64,000 nt of DNA from an uncultured virus (IMG/VR IMGVR_UViG_3300038318_000302) (Duplodnaviria > Heunggongvirae > Uroviricota > Caudoviricetes). The translations under genes were made by a program, and so were the position numbers. Shown one piece after another: positions 51,990 through 62,031 of the stretch. The stretch is taken from the IMG/VR virus record IMGVR_UViG_3300038318_000302. The stretch is one strand, 5' to 3'. Positions within the stretch are counted from its first letter, which is position 1; each line of letters opens with the position of its first letter. Below the pieces are notes generated by a model. The model was not told the origin of the DNA. It saw only the letters and a list, made by a program, of their open reading frames with translations, and searched no databases.

Positions 51990-53082
51990 CTAAATATGAA
52001 TTCTTTAAATCTAAAAGATCCTTTTGTCTAGAATTCTTTATCTTTATATTCAAAACATCTAGATATTTATTGTGTTTCTTATACAAAGCAAAGAATTCTC
52101 TCGGACTTTTCCAACTAATTTTCCCATTAAGAAAGGTTATCTTACGAGCTCCTTCTTTTTGTAAAATTCCTTTCTTAACAGCATATTCTATATCCTCATC
52201 AGATAAAATTATACCATAACCTAACAAAATCCTAATAGTAGTTTTTATACGACTACCAAAATCATTCTTAACTACTTTTACCTCTGTTAACTGTGAGACT
52301 TCTTCATCATCTACTTTTTCATATCCTTTCAATCTCATAGATAATCTTAAACAGGGCAAAAGTTCTACCCATTCTCCTCCCGTACTTTTCCTCACAGATG
52401 GACCAAATCCACCAATAGTCTCATATTGGTGATTAAGCATTATAAAATGTATATCACGAGTATACATTTCTCCCATCATAAATTTTGCAAACATCTTTGC
52501 TGATTTTGCAAAAGCTCCAACTTTTTCATGTTTTAAATCAGAAATATCTGTACCATTATCAAACTTCTTAGAAAGAATTTCTGTATTTTCTTCCATCGTA
52601 TCTAATTCCGATTTGCTAAGAGTAGCCCCTATTGAATCCCATAAAAAGAAAAACTTGGGCTTTCCTAAATGTTTATCGGCAAATAATTCATCTGTTTCTG
52701 TTAATAAATTCTTAACCATCATAAACATTTTCTCAACATATCTTATTCTGATAATAATTATCTTATTTACATCTAGTCCCAACTGTAAGGCATAATCCTT
52801 GTTATCTCGATTTTCACTAGACAATATTACCGGAATACCATTATCTTTGTTTTCTTTCATGAAATATTTCATAGACATTAATCCTAGAGTTGTTTTTCCA
52901 CTACGACTTTTGCCTGCTATTTCAATAATACCTGTTGGCAATCCAAAGGTATGAAGATTATAATCTAAAGTTGGACTTCCTGTATAAGCCCAACTATTAA
53001 CTTCTTTAAATCCATCCTTATCTGAAAACTTAATAACATCTTCATTATTAAATTTCTTTACAATATTATCTATTATGCTCAT
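51967..53082 (-). CDS. recA: RecA/UvsX-like recombinase
   Basis: 'IIEIAGKSRSGKTT', 'WDSIG', 'STGG', 'VVKN'. Confidence 0.85.
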   Translation of the reverse strand: MSIIDNIVKKFNNEDVIKFSDKDGFKEVNSWAYTGSPTLDYNLHTFGLPTGIIEIAGKSRSGKTTLGLMSMKYFMKENKDNGIPVILSSENRDNKDYALQLGLDVNKIIIIRIRYVEKMFMMVKNLLTETDELFADKHLGKPKFFFLWDSIGATLSKSELDTMEENTEILSKKFDNGTDISDLKHEKVGAFAKSAKMFAKFMMGEMYTRDIHFIMLNHQYETIGGFGPSVRKSTGGEWVELLPCLRLSMRLKGYEKVDDEEVSQLTEVKVVKNDFGSRIKTTIRILLGYGIILSDEDIEYAVKKGILQKEGARKITFLNGKISWKSPREFFALYKKHNKYLDVLNIKIKNSRQKDLLDLKNSYLDEDEDEE

Positions 53083-53096
53083 TTCTTAGAATAAAA

Positions 53097-53128
53097 GGAA
53101 TCTATAAAGAAAATTCTCTATAGATTCC
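53097..53128 (-). terminator. Intrinsic terminator-like hairpin
   Basis: ggaatctata/tatagattcc inverted repeat with T tract on the minus strand. Confidence 0.65.
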
Positions 53129-53137
53129 AAGTTAAGA

Positions 53138-54370
53138 TCAATTATTCTTCAATTTTTTACGAATTTGTTCCAATGTTAATTTCCCTCCGCTTTTCTCTTC
53201 AGAATCATCATTTTCTTCCTCTTCCTCGTCTTCAGGATCTTCTTCATTTTTAGAATCTGTTACTTCTCTTATCTTATCACGAATATCATCATCTGTCATA
53301 GATTTCTTTACATGAACATCTAAATTTTTCATATGGATATAATGTTTTAATTCTGTTCTATCCATATCATCAAATTTATCTGTTTCTTTAGAATCCTCTT
53401 CCTCTTCCTCTTCTGAATCCTTAGAAGTATCTTCCTCCTCATCTTCCTTAGAATCCTCTTCCTCTTCTTTTTCTGCTTTTTTAACAGAATGTTTTTTAGA
53501 AGATTTCTTTTCTTCGGAATCATCAGAATCATATTGAGCCTTAACATCCTCTACCTTTTCTAACCAAGTATCATCATCAAAAAGTCCCATGTCATTTTCT
53601 TCATCAAAATTCTGCAATCCCTCTAATGCATGAGTAAAATCTTTTATTCCATACTTTCCTATGATCTCAGTAAGAGGTTTCTGATCAATAAATTCTTCAA
53701 GCTCTTTATCAGTTAAGGGACGTGAAATAGGCTTTTTGGCAAATGATACTTCATAATAATTCTCTCCCTTCTTTTTATTAGGATTTTTCATATATTTTAC
53801 CAATATTGGCAATCCTTCATCAGGGTCGGTAAATGGATCAGTAGTAATAACATCATCCTCATCTTCATTAAAGGTTAACTTATTCATGCCATCCCGAACC
53901 ATCTTTTTAAATTCCCACAATTTAGCCTTTAATGGTTCATCTTGATGAACCTTATCCGCATAACATAACCAACTATATTGAGGATTCAAAGAATTTTTAT
54001 TAACTCCAGTTCCAACAAGAGCATCCATCTTTTCTTGATCATTTGCGTATTTTTTCTTAGCAAATTTTACATATTCATCGACAATATCCATTTTAGTACC
54101 GCCATGAACACGACTATCATTTACTCGACCACGATAAGTACCACCATCACTACCATTAAAGGTTAACCAATAAGCCTTTCTGTGAACATAGAAGGAATCT
54201 TCTCCAGGATGAGCCGGAAAGATTCTTATCTTTATAGTCTTACCATCTTCTAATGATAAATAGTCATTAGAATTTGCACCAAGCATAGAATCATCTTCGT
54301 CAATTGATTTCTTTAAACTTTTGATTGAAGTTGCCTTAAATTGACTTCTAAAATTACTTACATCTTTCAT
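53138..54370 (-). CDS. Single-stranded DNA-binding protein (gp32-like)
   Basis: 'IRIFP', 'DP..G', long acidic tail, position beside recA. Confidence 0.65.
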   Translation of the reverse strand: MKDVSNFRSQFKATSIKSLKKSIDEDDSMLGANSNDYLSLEDGKTIKIRIFPAHPGEDSFYVHRKAYWLTFNGSDGGTYRGRVNDSRVHGGTKMDIVDEYVKFAKKKYANDQEKMDALVGTGVNKNSLNPQYSWLCYADKVHQDEPLKAKLWEFKKMVRDGMNKLTFNEDEDDVITTDPFTDPDEGLPILVKYMKNPNKKKGENYYEVSFAKKPISRPLTDKELEEFIDQKPLTEIIGKYGIKDFTHALEGLQNFDEENDMGLFDDDTWLEKVEDVKAQYDSDDSEEKKSSKKHSVKKAEKEEEEDSKEDEEEDTSKDSEEEEEEDSKETDKFDDMDRTELKHYIHMKNLDVHVKKSMTDDDIRDKIREVTDSKNEEDPEDEEEEENDDSEEKSGGKLTLEQIRKKLKNN

Positions 54371-54382
54371 TTTTAAAAAATT

Positions 54383-54901
54383 TTAATCAATTAATTTTTT
54401 ATCTTTCTTTATCAATATATTATTTATTTTTCCCTCTAATATATCATCAGGTATATCATTATTCTGAATAGTTAAGGACAACTTATTTAATTTTTCAGAT
54501 TTATCTTTAGCTGACCAAAATACACTATTCATATAATCTCTTATCTTTTGAACCTCTATTAATCTCTTTCTAAGAGCTTGAAATCCCCTATCTTGTAATA
54601 CCGCTGATGATAAGGCATCTACAGTAGGATTCTTTCCTTTGTTCTGTTCTGTCAACTTTAATCTAATCTTCTCCTTTATTTTTGCTTCATATACATCAAT
54701 ATTTAATTTAAGTTCTGAAACTTGACTTTCAGCATCCGCTAAGAGCAATCCAAATCTATTAACTATGATAGGAAAGGTTATTAATTCTCCTATTATATTC
54801 GAATAATCAATCTTTAAAAGATCATCAATATTTATATCATCAAACTCTTCGTATGATAATCTATAGATATTATCTCCAATGCTTATTTTTTTTACTGACA
54901 T
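54383..54901 (-). CDS. UvsY-like recombination mediator
   Basis: Helical protein starting 'LKID..N...E', ending 'KS.KL'; located beside SSB and recA. Confidence 0.5.
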   Translation of the reverse strand: MSVKKISIGDNIYRLSYEEFDDINIDDLLKIDYSNIIGELITFPIIVNRFGLLLADAESQVSELKLNIDVYEAKIKEKIRLKLTEQNKGKNPTVDALSSAVLQDRGFQALRKRLIEVQKIRDYMNSVFWSAKDKSEKLNKLSLTIQNNDIPDDILEGKINNILIKKDKKLID

Positions 54902-54904
54902 AAT

Positions 54905-55282
54905 TTATGATTTTGGTTCATGAATATCTATTTCTCCACATTTAATCCTTCTTACAACTTCAAACATCGCATAATGACACATCTTAAACAAATCTATTGC
55001 CAAATAACTTTTAGGTTTACCAGAAGTTATATATCTTTGAAGATATCTCGCTATTTGATAAGTATTTACAAATTTTCCACCTTCTTTATCATAAAGCATT
55101 GCTTTTGTATCAACTCCCTTTGATATTCCCCTTGCATATTTATCAGAATATGTTCCATTAATATGCTTTATCAACATAGATATAGCCTTTGCCATATCTG
55201 GTTCATTACGCTCTATATTAGAAAACTCTTCTAAGACTTTTTTAGAAAGCTCTTCTTTCTCTAAATTATTTTGACTCATCAC
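54905..55282 (-). CDS. DUF3310-like protein (possible nucleotide kinase)
   Basis: 'I..TY..KY', 'RYLQRY', 'DL.K..HYA'. Confidence 0.55.
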   Translation of the reverse strand: MMSQNNLEKEELSKKVLEEFSNIERNEPDMAKAISMLIKHINGTYSDKYARGISKGVDTKAMLYDKEGGKFVNTYQIARYLQRYITSGKPKSYLAIDLFKMCHYAMFEVVRRIKCGEIDIHEPKS

Positions 55283-55931
55283 TATTATATTTATAATTTA
55301 TTAAATAATTTAATGTCTTATAATTTATACAAATTCCTCCTAATAAAAGAGAACTAAACATATTATTTACTTTTAATGCTGCCTTATTCAAGTTCATAAC
55401 GCAATAATCACATATCTTTAAAAAATTCTTATTTCCTAACAAAATTTCTTCTTCACAATAAAACTCCATCGCTAACCAATCACATAATTTAACAACAGAT
55501 TTTATATTACTATTATTACATTCTATATTTTTAATAACCAATTTAGAATTTTCATCTTCATCATTGAATTCTTTTATTGCTAAATGATGTGACAAAGAAT
55601 CTAATTCTTTCCGTAGTGCATTTCCATTCCAATCATTATACTTTGTCTCATGAGATATATCCCTAAGAAGTAAAGATTCATCCCAATCATGAAATAAAGC
55701 ATAAGTAGTACAATCTAATATAAATTTATCTACAAATAATTGTACCTTATCATCAATTTCATCTTTATTAATTACTACTATTGTATTATCTAATAGTAAC
55801 CTTGTAAAAATAGCTACTTTATACGAGTGCTGAGAAACACTTTCTTTCTTAAAAACATCTTTTTCACTCCACTGCTTAATGTTATCAAGCCTTTTTAAAT
55901 ACTCTCCTTTAAAAATTTTTTCAAAAATCAT
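55266..55931 (-). CDS. HD-domain deoxynucleotide hydrolase (YfbR-like)
   Basis: 'ESVSQHSY.V', 'ALFHD.DE....DI', 'VK..D'. Confidence 0.8.
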   Translation of the reverse strand: MIFEKIFKGEYLKRLDNIKQWSEKDVFKKESVSQHSYKVAIFTRLLLDNTIVVINKDEIDDKVQLFVDKFILDCTTYALFHDWDESLLLRDISHETKYNDWNGNALRKELDSLSHHLAIKEFNDEDENSKLVIKNIECNNSNIKSVVKLCDWLAMEFYCEEEILLGNKNFLKICDYCVMNLNKAALKVNNMFSSLLLGGICINYKTLNYLINYKYNSDESK

Positions 55932-55937
55932 AATAAT

Positions 55938-57968
55938 CTATTTTATTAAAACATACAATTTTGTATTACTATCTGAATAAAGTCTCTTTTCATTACGAAA
56001 CTTATCCTTTTTTACAATTCCACTAATAGCTATAACAGAACCTTTTAATTCCTCAATATCTTCCGTCATTCTTTCTAAGCAATCTGGCCATATTACTATA
56101 GATATAATTGTGTTATTACAATCTATCTGCAAACTCGCCATCTTGCCATTCTTTATATCTCTTTCATTATAATAGATAACCTTTCCGGCTACTACAACTT
56201 TCTTTCCTTCCTTTACTCTACTGAATTCATTATTATCTACATATAATTTAGCAAATAATTTATTAGGAATAAGATTTTCGATATAATTCTCATAATCTAC
56301 TTCTCCGAATCCTGTTAACTTCTTCTGTTCCATTATCCAGAAAGCGTTTGTCATACTATCACTTCCGCAATATTGCTCAGGAAGTTCTTTTTCTCCTCTT
56401 ATATCTATTAAATACTTTGAAAGTATTTTTTTTCTATCTTTTATTACGCTTATATCCTCAATAAGATCAAAAGCTCCAGATATTATCAAAGCCTTAACAA
56501 CCGTCTTATTTACCTTTGAAGGAACTCTACTTAAAAATTCTTCAAGATTGAAAAACTTTCCTCCTTCTTTTCTCGTCTGTAAGATTAAGTCTACTGCTTT
56601 TTCTCCACAATGCTTAATTTTTAGCAAACTAAAGAATATACGATTATCTTCTTTATTACAAGTAAAATTCTTATCAGAATAATTAATATCTGGCGGACGT
56701 ACTTCAATATCAGAATCAGTTTTCTTCATTTCCGCCAATCGATACGGAATGTCTTCTTCCTTAGCATATTGAAGAGATGTGGTCCAAAACTCTAGTGGAT
56801 AATTGACTTTGAACCATTGAGACCAATAAGACATTACAGAATAAGCTGCGGCATGAGACTTATTAAAAGAATAACCAGAAAAGGCATTCATCTTTTTCCA
56901 AATCTTATCTGCTTCATCTGAAGGGCAACCGTTTCTTATTGCTCCCTCTTTAAATCGGTCTCCTAAAGCATTTAATTCTTTATGTTTTTTCTTCTTAATA
57001 TATTTCCTAGCATTCTCAGCTTCAATAAGACTTAGTCCTCCTAATTGGTGGATTATTGACATCATTTGTTCCTGATAAACTAGCAAAGAATAAGTTTCCT
57101 CCGTTATATTTTTTATGCCATAATCATATTTAGGTTTTTTCTTTCCATTCTTTATAGCGGCATAATCAAGATGTGCACCACTATCCATTGGACCAGGTCT
57201 AAATAAAGCCGTCATTGCTATTAAATCTGAAAGTTCTGTAGGCTTAACTTGTTTACAATAATTCATCAATCCTACTGTTCCAAACTGAAAAACATCTTCA
57301 CACCATCCCCTCTGAAAATATTTAAAAACTTCCTGATCATCAAACTTAATTTTATTAACATCTAATACTTTAGATGTATTTTTCTTTATAAGATTTAATA
57401 TATCATGAAACTTACTTAATTGAGAAAGTCCTAATACATCCTCTTTCAAAAAGAGAGCTGATTCTGTATATTTACCCTCCCACTCTGATACTAATAAACC
57501 GTTTATCTTCTTTATTGGCATCAAATTGAATAAATTAGTCTTCTCTCCTTTTGAATTCTCTTTTGGAACAATTATTACAGCTGAAGGATGAACGCTCTCT
57601 GCCTTTGGAACATTTAAGGCATATTTCGTCATATGAACTATATCTGGATTATCTTGAACAAAATTATATAATTGTTTAGATTTTGTAGCATAAGATATAA
57701 AGTCTGTAAACGTATAATCTACTTGATCATCTATGTCTTTTGTTAACTTATTAACGGTTGCAAAAGGGATGCCCTTAATCTTGGAAAAGTCCTTTATACA
57801 AGTCTTAAGTTTCATTCTCGTATAAGTTCCTACGGAACAAGAATAAGCATAACCATATTTTTTCTTAATATAATCTTTAACTAAATCTCTACCATATGGT
57901 TCCCAATCTAAGTCCACATCAGGTAAATCAGTGAAAAATTTAGTTATATTTACATCCTTAACTCTCAT
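55938..57968 (-). CDS. dnaE: DNA polymerase III alpha, C-terminal part (palm, fingers, HhH, OB)
   Basis: 'LPDVDLD', 'HPSAV', 'KEDVLGL', 'FRPGPM', 'VYQEQ', 'YSFNKSHA', 'PDIN.S'. Confidence 0.93.
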   Translation of the reverse strand: MRVKDVNITKFFTDLPDVDLDWEPYGRDLVKDYIKKKYGYAYSCSVGTYTRMKLKTCIKDFSKIKGIPFATVNKLTKDIDDQVDYTFTDFISYATKSKQLYNFVQDNPDIVHMTKYALNVPKAESVHPSAVIIVPKENSKGEKTNLFNLMPIKKINGLLVSEWEGKYTESALFLKEDVLGLSQLSKFHDILNLIKKNTSKVLDVNKIKFDDQEVFKYFQRGWCEDVFQFGTVGLMNYCKQVKPTELSDLIAMTALFRPGPMDSGAHLDYAAIKNGKKKPKYDYGIKNITEETYSLLVYQEQMMSIIHQLGGLSLIEAENARKYIKKKKHKELNALGDRFKEGAIRNGCPSDEADKIWKKMNAFSGYSFNKSHAAAYSVMSYWSQWFKVNYPLEFWTTSLQYAKEEDIPYRLAEMKKTDSDIEVRPPDINYSDKNFTCNKEDNRIFFSLLKIKHCGEKAVDLILQTRKEGGKFFNLEEFLSRVPSKVNKTVVKALIISGAFDLIEDISVIKDRKKILSKYLIDIRGEKELPEQYCGSDSMTNAFWIMEQKKLTGFGEVDYENYIENLIPNKLFAKLYVDNNEFSRVKEGKKVVVAGKVIYYNERDIKNGKMASLQIDCNNTIISIVIWPDCLERMTEDIEELKGSVIAISGIVKKDKFRNEKRLYSDSNTKLYVLIK

Positions 57969-59623
57969 TTCTTAATCCTATTAATATCAATATCTAAATT
58001 ATTCCAATTTGTATCTTTATCTACATATATTCCATTTCCTCCTACTAATGGAACATAATCACCATCTCTAAATGTTATATTCTTACCATCAATCATTTTT
58101 AAGTGATAAGCATTATGAGCTGAAACTCTACTTGCATTCAAAAAACGTTCAAAGTATAAATGATAAGGTATTGGATCTATCTGTGTTATATCTAGACAAT
58201 ATGCTACTAAACTTCCACAAGCAGAACCACGACCAGGACCAATCATTATTCCTTGATTTTTACTCCAATTAATAATATCTACAAGAATCAAAAAATATGA
58301 ACAAAGATCATTAGGAACAATAAGATTGCATTCCAACTGTATTCTTTTCATATATTCATCCATATTATCAACTTTTCCAACTAATTTTTTTTGTATTCCC
58401 TTTTCGAGAAGATCAAAAAATAACCCTTCAGGATCTTTTACTTCAAACTTAGGAATTTTTCTTTCCGATGTATCTATTGTAAAATTACAACATTTTGATA
58501 ATTTAACAGTATTATTAGCTCCTTCTATAATTATATTTAATAACGCTGAAGTATCATCTAACCATTCATCATAAGATTTTAAGGTATCTCCTAAACTTTT
58601 AAAATATTGATTTTCTGACTCCGGATTTACAACACCGCTATCTTTATTTAAATAAGATTTAAGCTCATGTTCTTCTTCGTCTAAATAATAACTATCATTT
58701 ATCAAGATGGGTTTAACCTTATCTTTATATAGGCATATATACTTATCTATATTAGATAAGTGCTCCTTAAAAAGTTGATTAGACACATATTCAACCGTAT
58801 CTATTTGATAATATACTTTTTCAAAACTTCTCCTATATTTTTTTATTAAATTAAAAATATATTCTTTATCATTGATATAATAATTAAATTCGCTTTCTTT
58901 GGGAATTACTATACATAGTCCTTTTCCTAATTCATAAAGTTCGTTATCTGGAATAAATTTATCATAATCTACATTAATCTTTTTAGATATTAAGAGAAGA
59001 TTCTTCCATCCTATCTCATTCAAACAATAAAGTTTTACATCGAACGTTTCTTGTAATTCTTTATCCTTTTTATAGTTTATTGCAACAGTAACTGTTTCTC
59101 CTATAATAGGCTTAATTCCGAATTTCTGACAAGCAAACTGAAAACTGAGAGTTTCTGCTAATACATTCTTATCACAAACTCCTAGAGTTTTCATTCCTAA
59201 AAATTTAGCCTTTTTTGCCCACAATTCACACGAACTACTTCCATTCATCAACTCGTATTCATCGTGTACTCCTAAATGAACAAAGTCAGCTATATGCTCT
59301 TCAGAAGATTTTCCTAGATATTTAAAATCATTAAATTCCGGTTTATAAATAATTTCATTATAATTGTTTTTGTCTTTTTTTAATGGAGAATAATAATATT
59401 TTCCGCCGAATTCAAATAGAATATAATTAACTTTTCCTTCATCCAATAAATCAAACTCTTCATCTGATAAGATAAAAGAAAAATCTTCATCTATAACATT
59501 TCCATCAAATGAATGAAGATATAGAAAATTACCTACGTCGTCAATACTAACAATATCAGAATCAGATATTTTAGATTCCGATATTGCTAATTTGTTTATT
59601 TTACACCAATCTTCTAATAACAT
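57965..59623 (-). CDS. dnaE: DNA polymerase III alpha, N-terminal part (PHP domain and start of palm)
   Basis: 'HLGVH..Y', 'KPIIG', 'GPGRGSACGSLVAY.L.IT.IDP....L.FERFLN..R'. Confidence 0.93.
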   Translation of the reverse strand: MLLEDWCKINKLAISESKISDSDIVSIDDVGNFLYLHSFDGNVIDEDFSFILSDEEFDLLDEGKVNYILFEFGGKYYYSPLKKDKNNYNEIIYKPEFNDFKYLGKSSEEHIADFVHLGVHDEYELMNGSSSCELWAKKAKFLGMKTLGVCDKNVLAETLSFQFACQKFGIKPIIGETVTVAINYKKDKELQETFDVKLYCLNEIGWKNLLLISKKINVDYDKFIPDNELYELGKGLCIVIPKESEFNYYINDKEYIFNLIKKYRRSFEKVYYQIDTVEYVSNQLFKEHLSNIDKYICLYKDKVKPILINDSYYLDEEEHELKSYLNKDSGVVNPESENQYFKSLGDTLKSYDEWLDDTSALLNIIIEGANNTVKLSKCCNFTIDTSERKIPKFEVKDPEGLFFDLLEKGIQKKLVGKVDNMDEYMKRIQLECNLIVPNDLCSYFLILVDIINWSKNQGIMIGPGRGSACGSLVAYCLDITQIDPIPYHLYFERFLNASRVSAHNAYHLKMIDGKNITFRDGDYVPLVGGNGIYVDKDTNWNNLDIDINRIKK

Positions 59624-59626
59624 TAA

Positions 59627-60847
59627 TTATAAATTTCCTAGAATATTATCCTTATATCCATCTATCTTTGTTGCAAAGAAATTTTTAGCTAACAAAGATA
59701 CGTCCCAATAATCATCAACTTTAGAAGTTGAATTTATATCTTCTATTTTTCTCATTGCAGTAGAAGCTTCATTAGTATGATCTTGCCCATTTTTATCTTT
59801 TATATCTTTTTTATATTCAATATAAACCTTTAAATACAAAAATATAACATATAAATAATTAGAAAAACCAGATAGCTCTTTTATCATATTAATATCATAC
59901 TTATTCTGTAAAGCTATCGATGTAAGATTTTCTATTATGATATTCAAATAAAAATCTATCTCTCTTAATCTATTTACTGGGACACCATGCTTAAATTTAA
60001 AATCTATCTTAAATTCTTTGGCTCCTAAGTGATATAATTCATTGTGTTTAAGAAGATTCACACTACTTACATTATCATAATCAAAATATTTTAACATTTT
60101 AGGAGCAATCTTATTCCAATCATAAATATGTAAAGATTGAGAATTATGAGTCTGTGAACCTAATTTTATTCCTAAACAAGCACTTATCATTTCAGAAATA
60201 AAAGAAAATTGGAAAACATTAGTAGGCAATCCCCAATGTAAATCATTGCTTCTATTCTGAACTGTTGTAACTAATTTGTTATCTCTTATCTTTAACATAA
60301 TAATATCATTACAAGGAATATCTTTAGTTGATGCTCCTAAGTCAAAGTCAGGATTCCAAATAGACAAAACTACTCTACGAGTAGTAGGATCTTTAGAAAG
60401 CATTTTAATGGCATCTTCAATCTGATCATATCCTTGAGAAGCATGCATATTCTCTTCAACAAATTTATCTTCGGTATGAACACCCCAATGACGAAGCCTG
60501 AATCCATAAGGAGCATGAAAAACTTTCTTATCATCACTATATTCTATCATCTGCTTATTAAAGAAAGACAAAAATTGTGTGTCACAACGTCCTTCAAAAA
60601 TCCACATAGCTTCTGCAAAAAGGAAGAAGGGATTCTCACATCTATGAAAACCTCCTACTAACCTTCTATATGGATTGCCTAACGAACTCTTAAAATTTAA
60701 TAGTTCTTTTACCTTCCCTCCTCTACTATCTTTCCATTCGCATTTTTTTAATATATACCAATTTAAAAACGGATAAAACTCTGAAAGATCGCCTGTAGCA
60801 ACACCTAATTGTGGTACAACAACATGATTAAAATCGATATTACGCAT
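59627..60847 (-). CDS. Thymidylate synthase-like enzyme, candidate dUMP hydroxymethylase
   Basis: 'YG.RLR', 'TRR', 'DIPCN', 'NRSNDLHWGLPTN..QF', 'SLHIY'; long C-terminal extension. Confidence 0.8.
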   Translation of the reverse strand: MRNIDFNHVVVPQLGVATGDLSEFYPFLNWYILKKCEWKDSRGGKVKELLNFKSSLGNPYRRLVGGFHRCENPFFLFAEAMWIFEGRCDTQFLSFFNKQMIEYSDDKKVFHAPYGFRLRHWGVHTEDKFVEENMHASQGYDQIEDAIKMLSKDPTTRRVVLSIWNPDFDLGASTKDIPCNDIIMLKIRDNKLVTTVQNRSNDLHWGLPTNVFQFSFISEMISACLGIKLGSQTHNSQSLHIYDWNKIAPKMLKYFDYDNVSSVNLLKHNELYHLGAKEFKIDFKFKHGVPVNRLREIDFYLNIIIENLTSIALQNKYDINMIKELSGFSNYLYVIFLYLKVYIEYKKDIKDKNGQDHTNEASTAMRKIEDINSTSKVDDYWDVSLLAKNFFATKIDGYKDNILGNL

Positions 60848-60893
60848 AAATTTAATTATTTATTAATTACCCTATAAATAACTTTGAAAAAAA

Positions 60894-60923
60894 ATAAGGA
60901 AGTATATTTAAATACTTCCTTAT
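60894..60923 (-). terminator. Intrinsic terminator-like hairpin
   Basis: ataaggaagtat/atacttccttat inverted repeat followed by a T run on the minus strand. Confidence 0.7.
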
Positions 60924-60945
60924 AATCAATAAATAAAGAAAATAA

Positions 60946-62007
60946 TTATTTTTTACCCTTCTTTGAAATTTTCTTCAAATTAGGCTTAGAAACTTTCTCA
61001 TGACTTTCTTTAGTATCTTTATCTAGAGCCTTTTCCATCTTCTTTCTATTTTCTCCTAGACGATTGTCTATCCCATTAATAATATTACTCATATCATCCC
61101 AAAGAGATTTTACAATTTCTATTGCTTCATCAAAAGTTATATCCTTAATCATTGGAGTATCATTCCAACACGGTTTAAAGTCAATACCCTTTTCTTCCAA
61201 TAAATCTGTTTTCTTAATCATTAGATTAAGATACAAATTACAAGTTATCTCATTGTCCTTATCTGGATGTAAGAAACAATTTTCAACCAAAATAACTCCT
61301 CTCTTAGAATTTTTCCCAATATGTTTAATAGTTACACCAGCATTGCTAACATAATTATAATCATATTTCTTCGGATCAAATAATTTCTTAAATGGGTCTA
61401 GATATTTACGAACTTCTTCATTATTCTTGAAATCTAGTTTTATTCCCTTCTTTGAAGCTCTCTTTTTCTTAGAAGTTACAACTTTCTTTTCTTTCTTAAC
61501 TTCCTTCTTGAGATTCTTTTTTGTAGATTCCTCTTCCTTAACTTCATCAGCCAATTCATCAGATTCCTCTTCTGTCTCTTTCTTCTTAGAAGTCATAACC
61601 TTCTTTTCTTTCTTAACTTCCTTCTTAGGACTCTTCTTTGTTTCTACTTTTTTCTCCTCTTCTTCAGAATCCTCTTCTTCCTCATCGTCCTTTGAATCTG
61701 ATTTAGTATCATCTTCCTCATCATCAGATTCCTCTTCTTCCTCATCGTCCTTTGAATCTGATTTAGTATCATCTTCCTCATCTGTTTCTTCAGAATCCTT
61801 GGTGTCATCTTCCTCCTCTTCATCTTCTTCATCATCTGCAAAGGATTCTGCCATTTCCAATAAAGAATCGGTATCTTCATCTTCCATTCCATCAATACCG
61901 TTCTTCTTCAAGATCTCTAGAAGACCTTTTCTAGCAACCTTTTCATCTTCAGTCTTAAGACCAATCTTCTTCAATCTCTTAACGATTTCTGTACTTAACT
62001 TAGCCAT
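60946..62007 (-). CDS. Acidic/lysine-rich hypothetical protein
   Basis: 353-aa ORF with long D/E tracts and a globular C-terminal part. Confidence 0.7.
   Translation of the reverse strand: MAKLSTEIVKRLKKIGLKTEDEKVARKGLLEILKKNGIDGMEDEDTDSLLEMAESFADDEEDEEEEDDTKDSEETDEEDDTKSDSKDDEEEEESDDEEDDTKSDSKDDEEEEDSEEEEKKVETKKSPKKEVKKEKKVMTSKKKETEEESDELADEVKEEESTKKNLKKEVKKEKKVVTSKKKRASKKGIKLDFKNNEEVRKYLDPFKKLFDPKKYDYNYVSNAGVTIKHIGKNSKRGVILVENCFLHPDKDNEITCNLYLNLMIKKTDLLEEKGIDFKPCWNDTPMIKDITFDEAIEIVKSLWDDMSNIINGIDNRLGENRKKMEKALDKDTKESHEKVSKPNLKKISKKGKK
61665..61782. repeat. 60-nt tandem repeat encoding an acidic segment
   Basis: Two near-identical copies containing cctcttcttcctcatcgtcctttgaatctgatttagtatcatcttcctcatc. 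Confidence 0.8.
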
Positions 62008-62031
62008 AATTTTTACAATTTAAAATTTTTA

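Noticed and set aside
55266..55931. DatZ and a 2-aminoadenine (Z) genome
   Set aside because: The HD fold fits, but no PurZ-like gene is in the window and the context points to pyrimidine modification; not excluded for the rest of the genome
57900..58130. Canonical split intein or programmed frameshift joining the dnaE halves
   Set aside because: No intein block A or terminal HN plus C/S/T, and no X-XXY-YYZ slippery heptamer at the overlap
61427..62023. Ser-rich plus-strand ORF and other plus-strand ORFs such as 33824-34249, 35031-35465 and 49737-50084
   Set aside because: Antisense shadows of minus-strand genes, with no recognisable motifs
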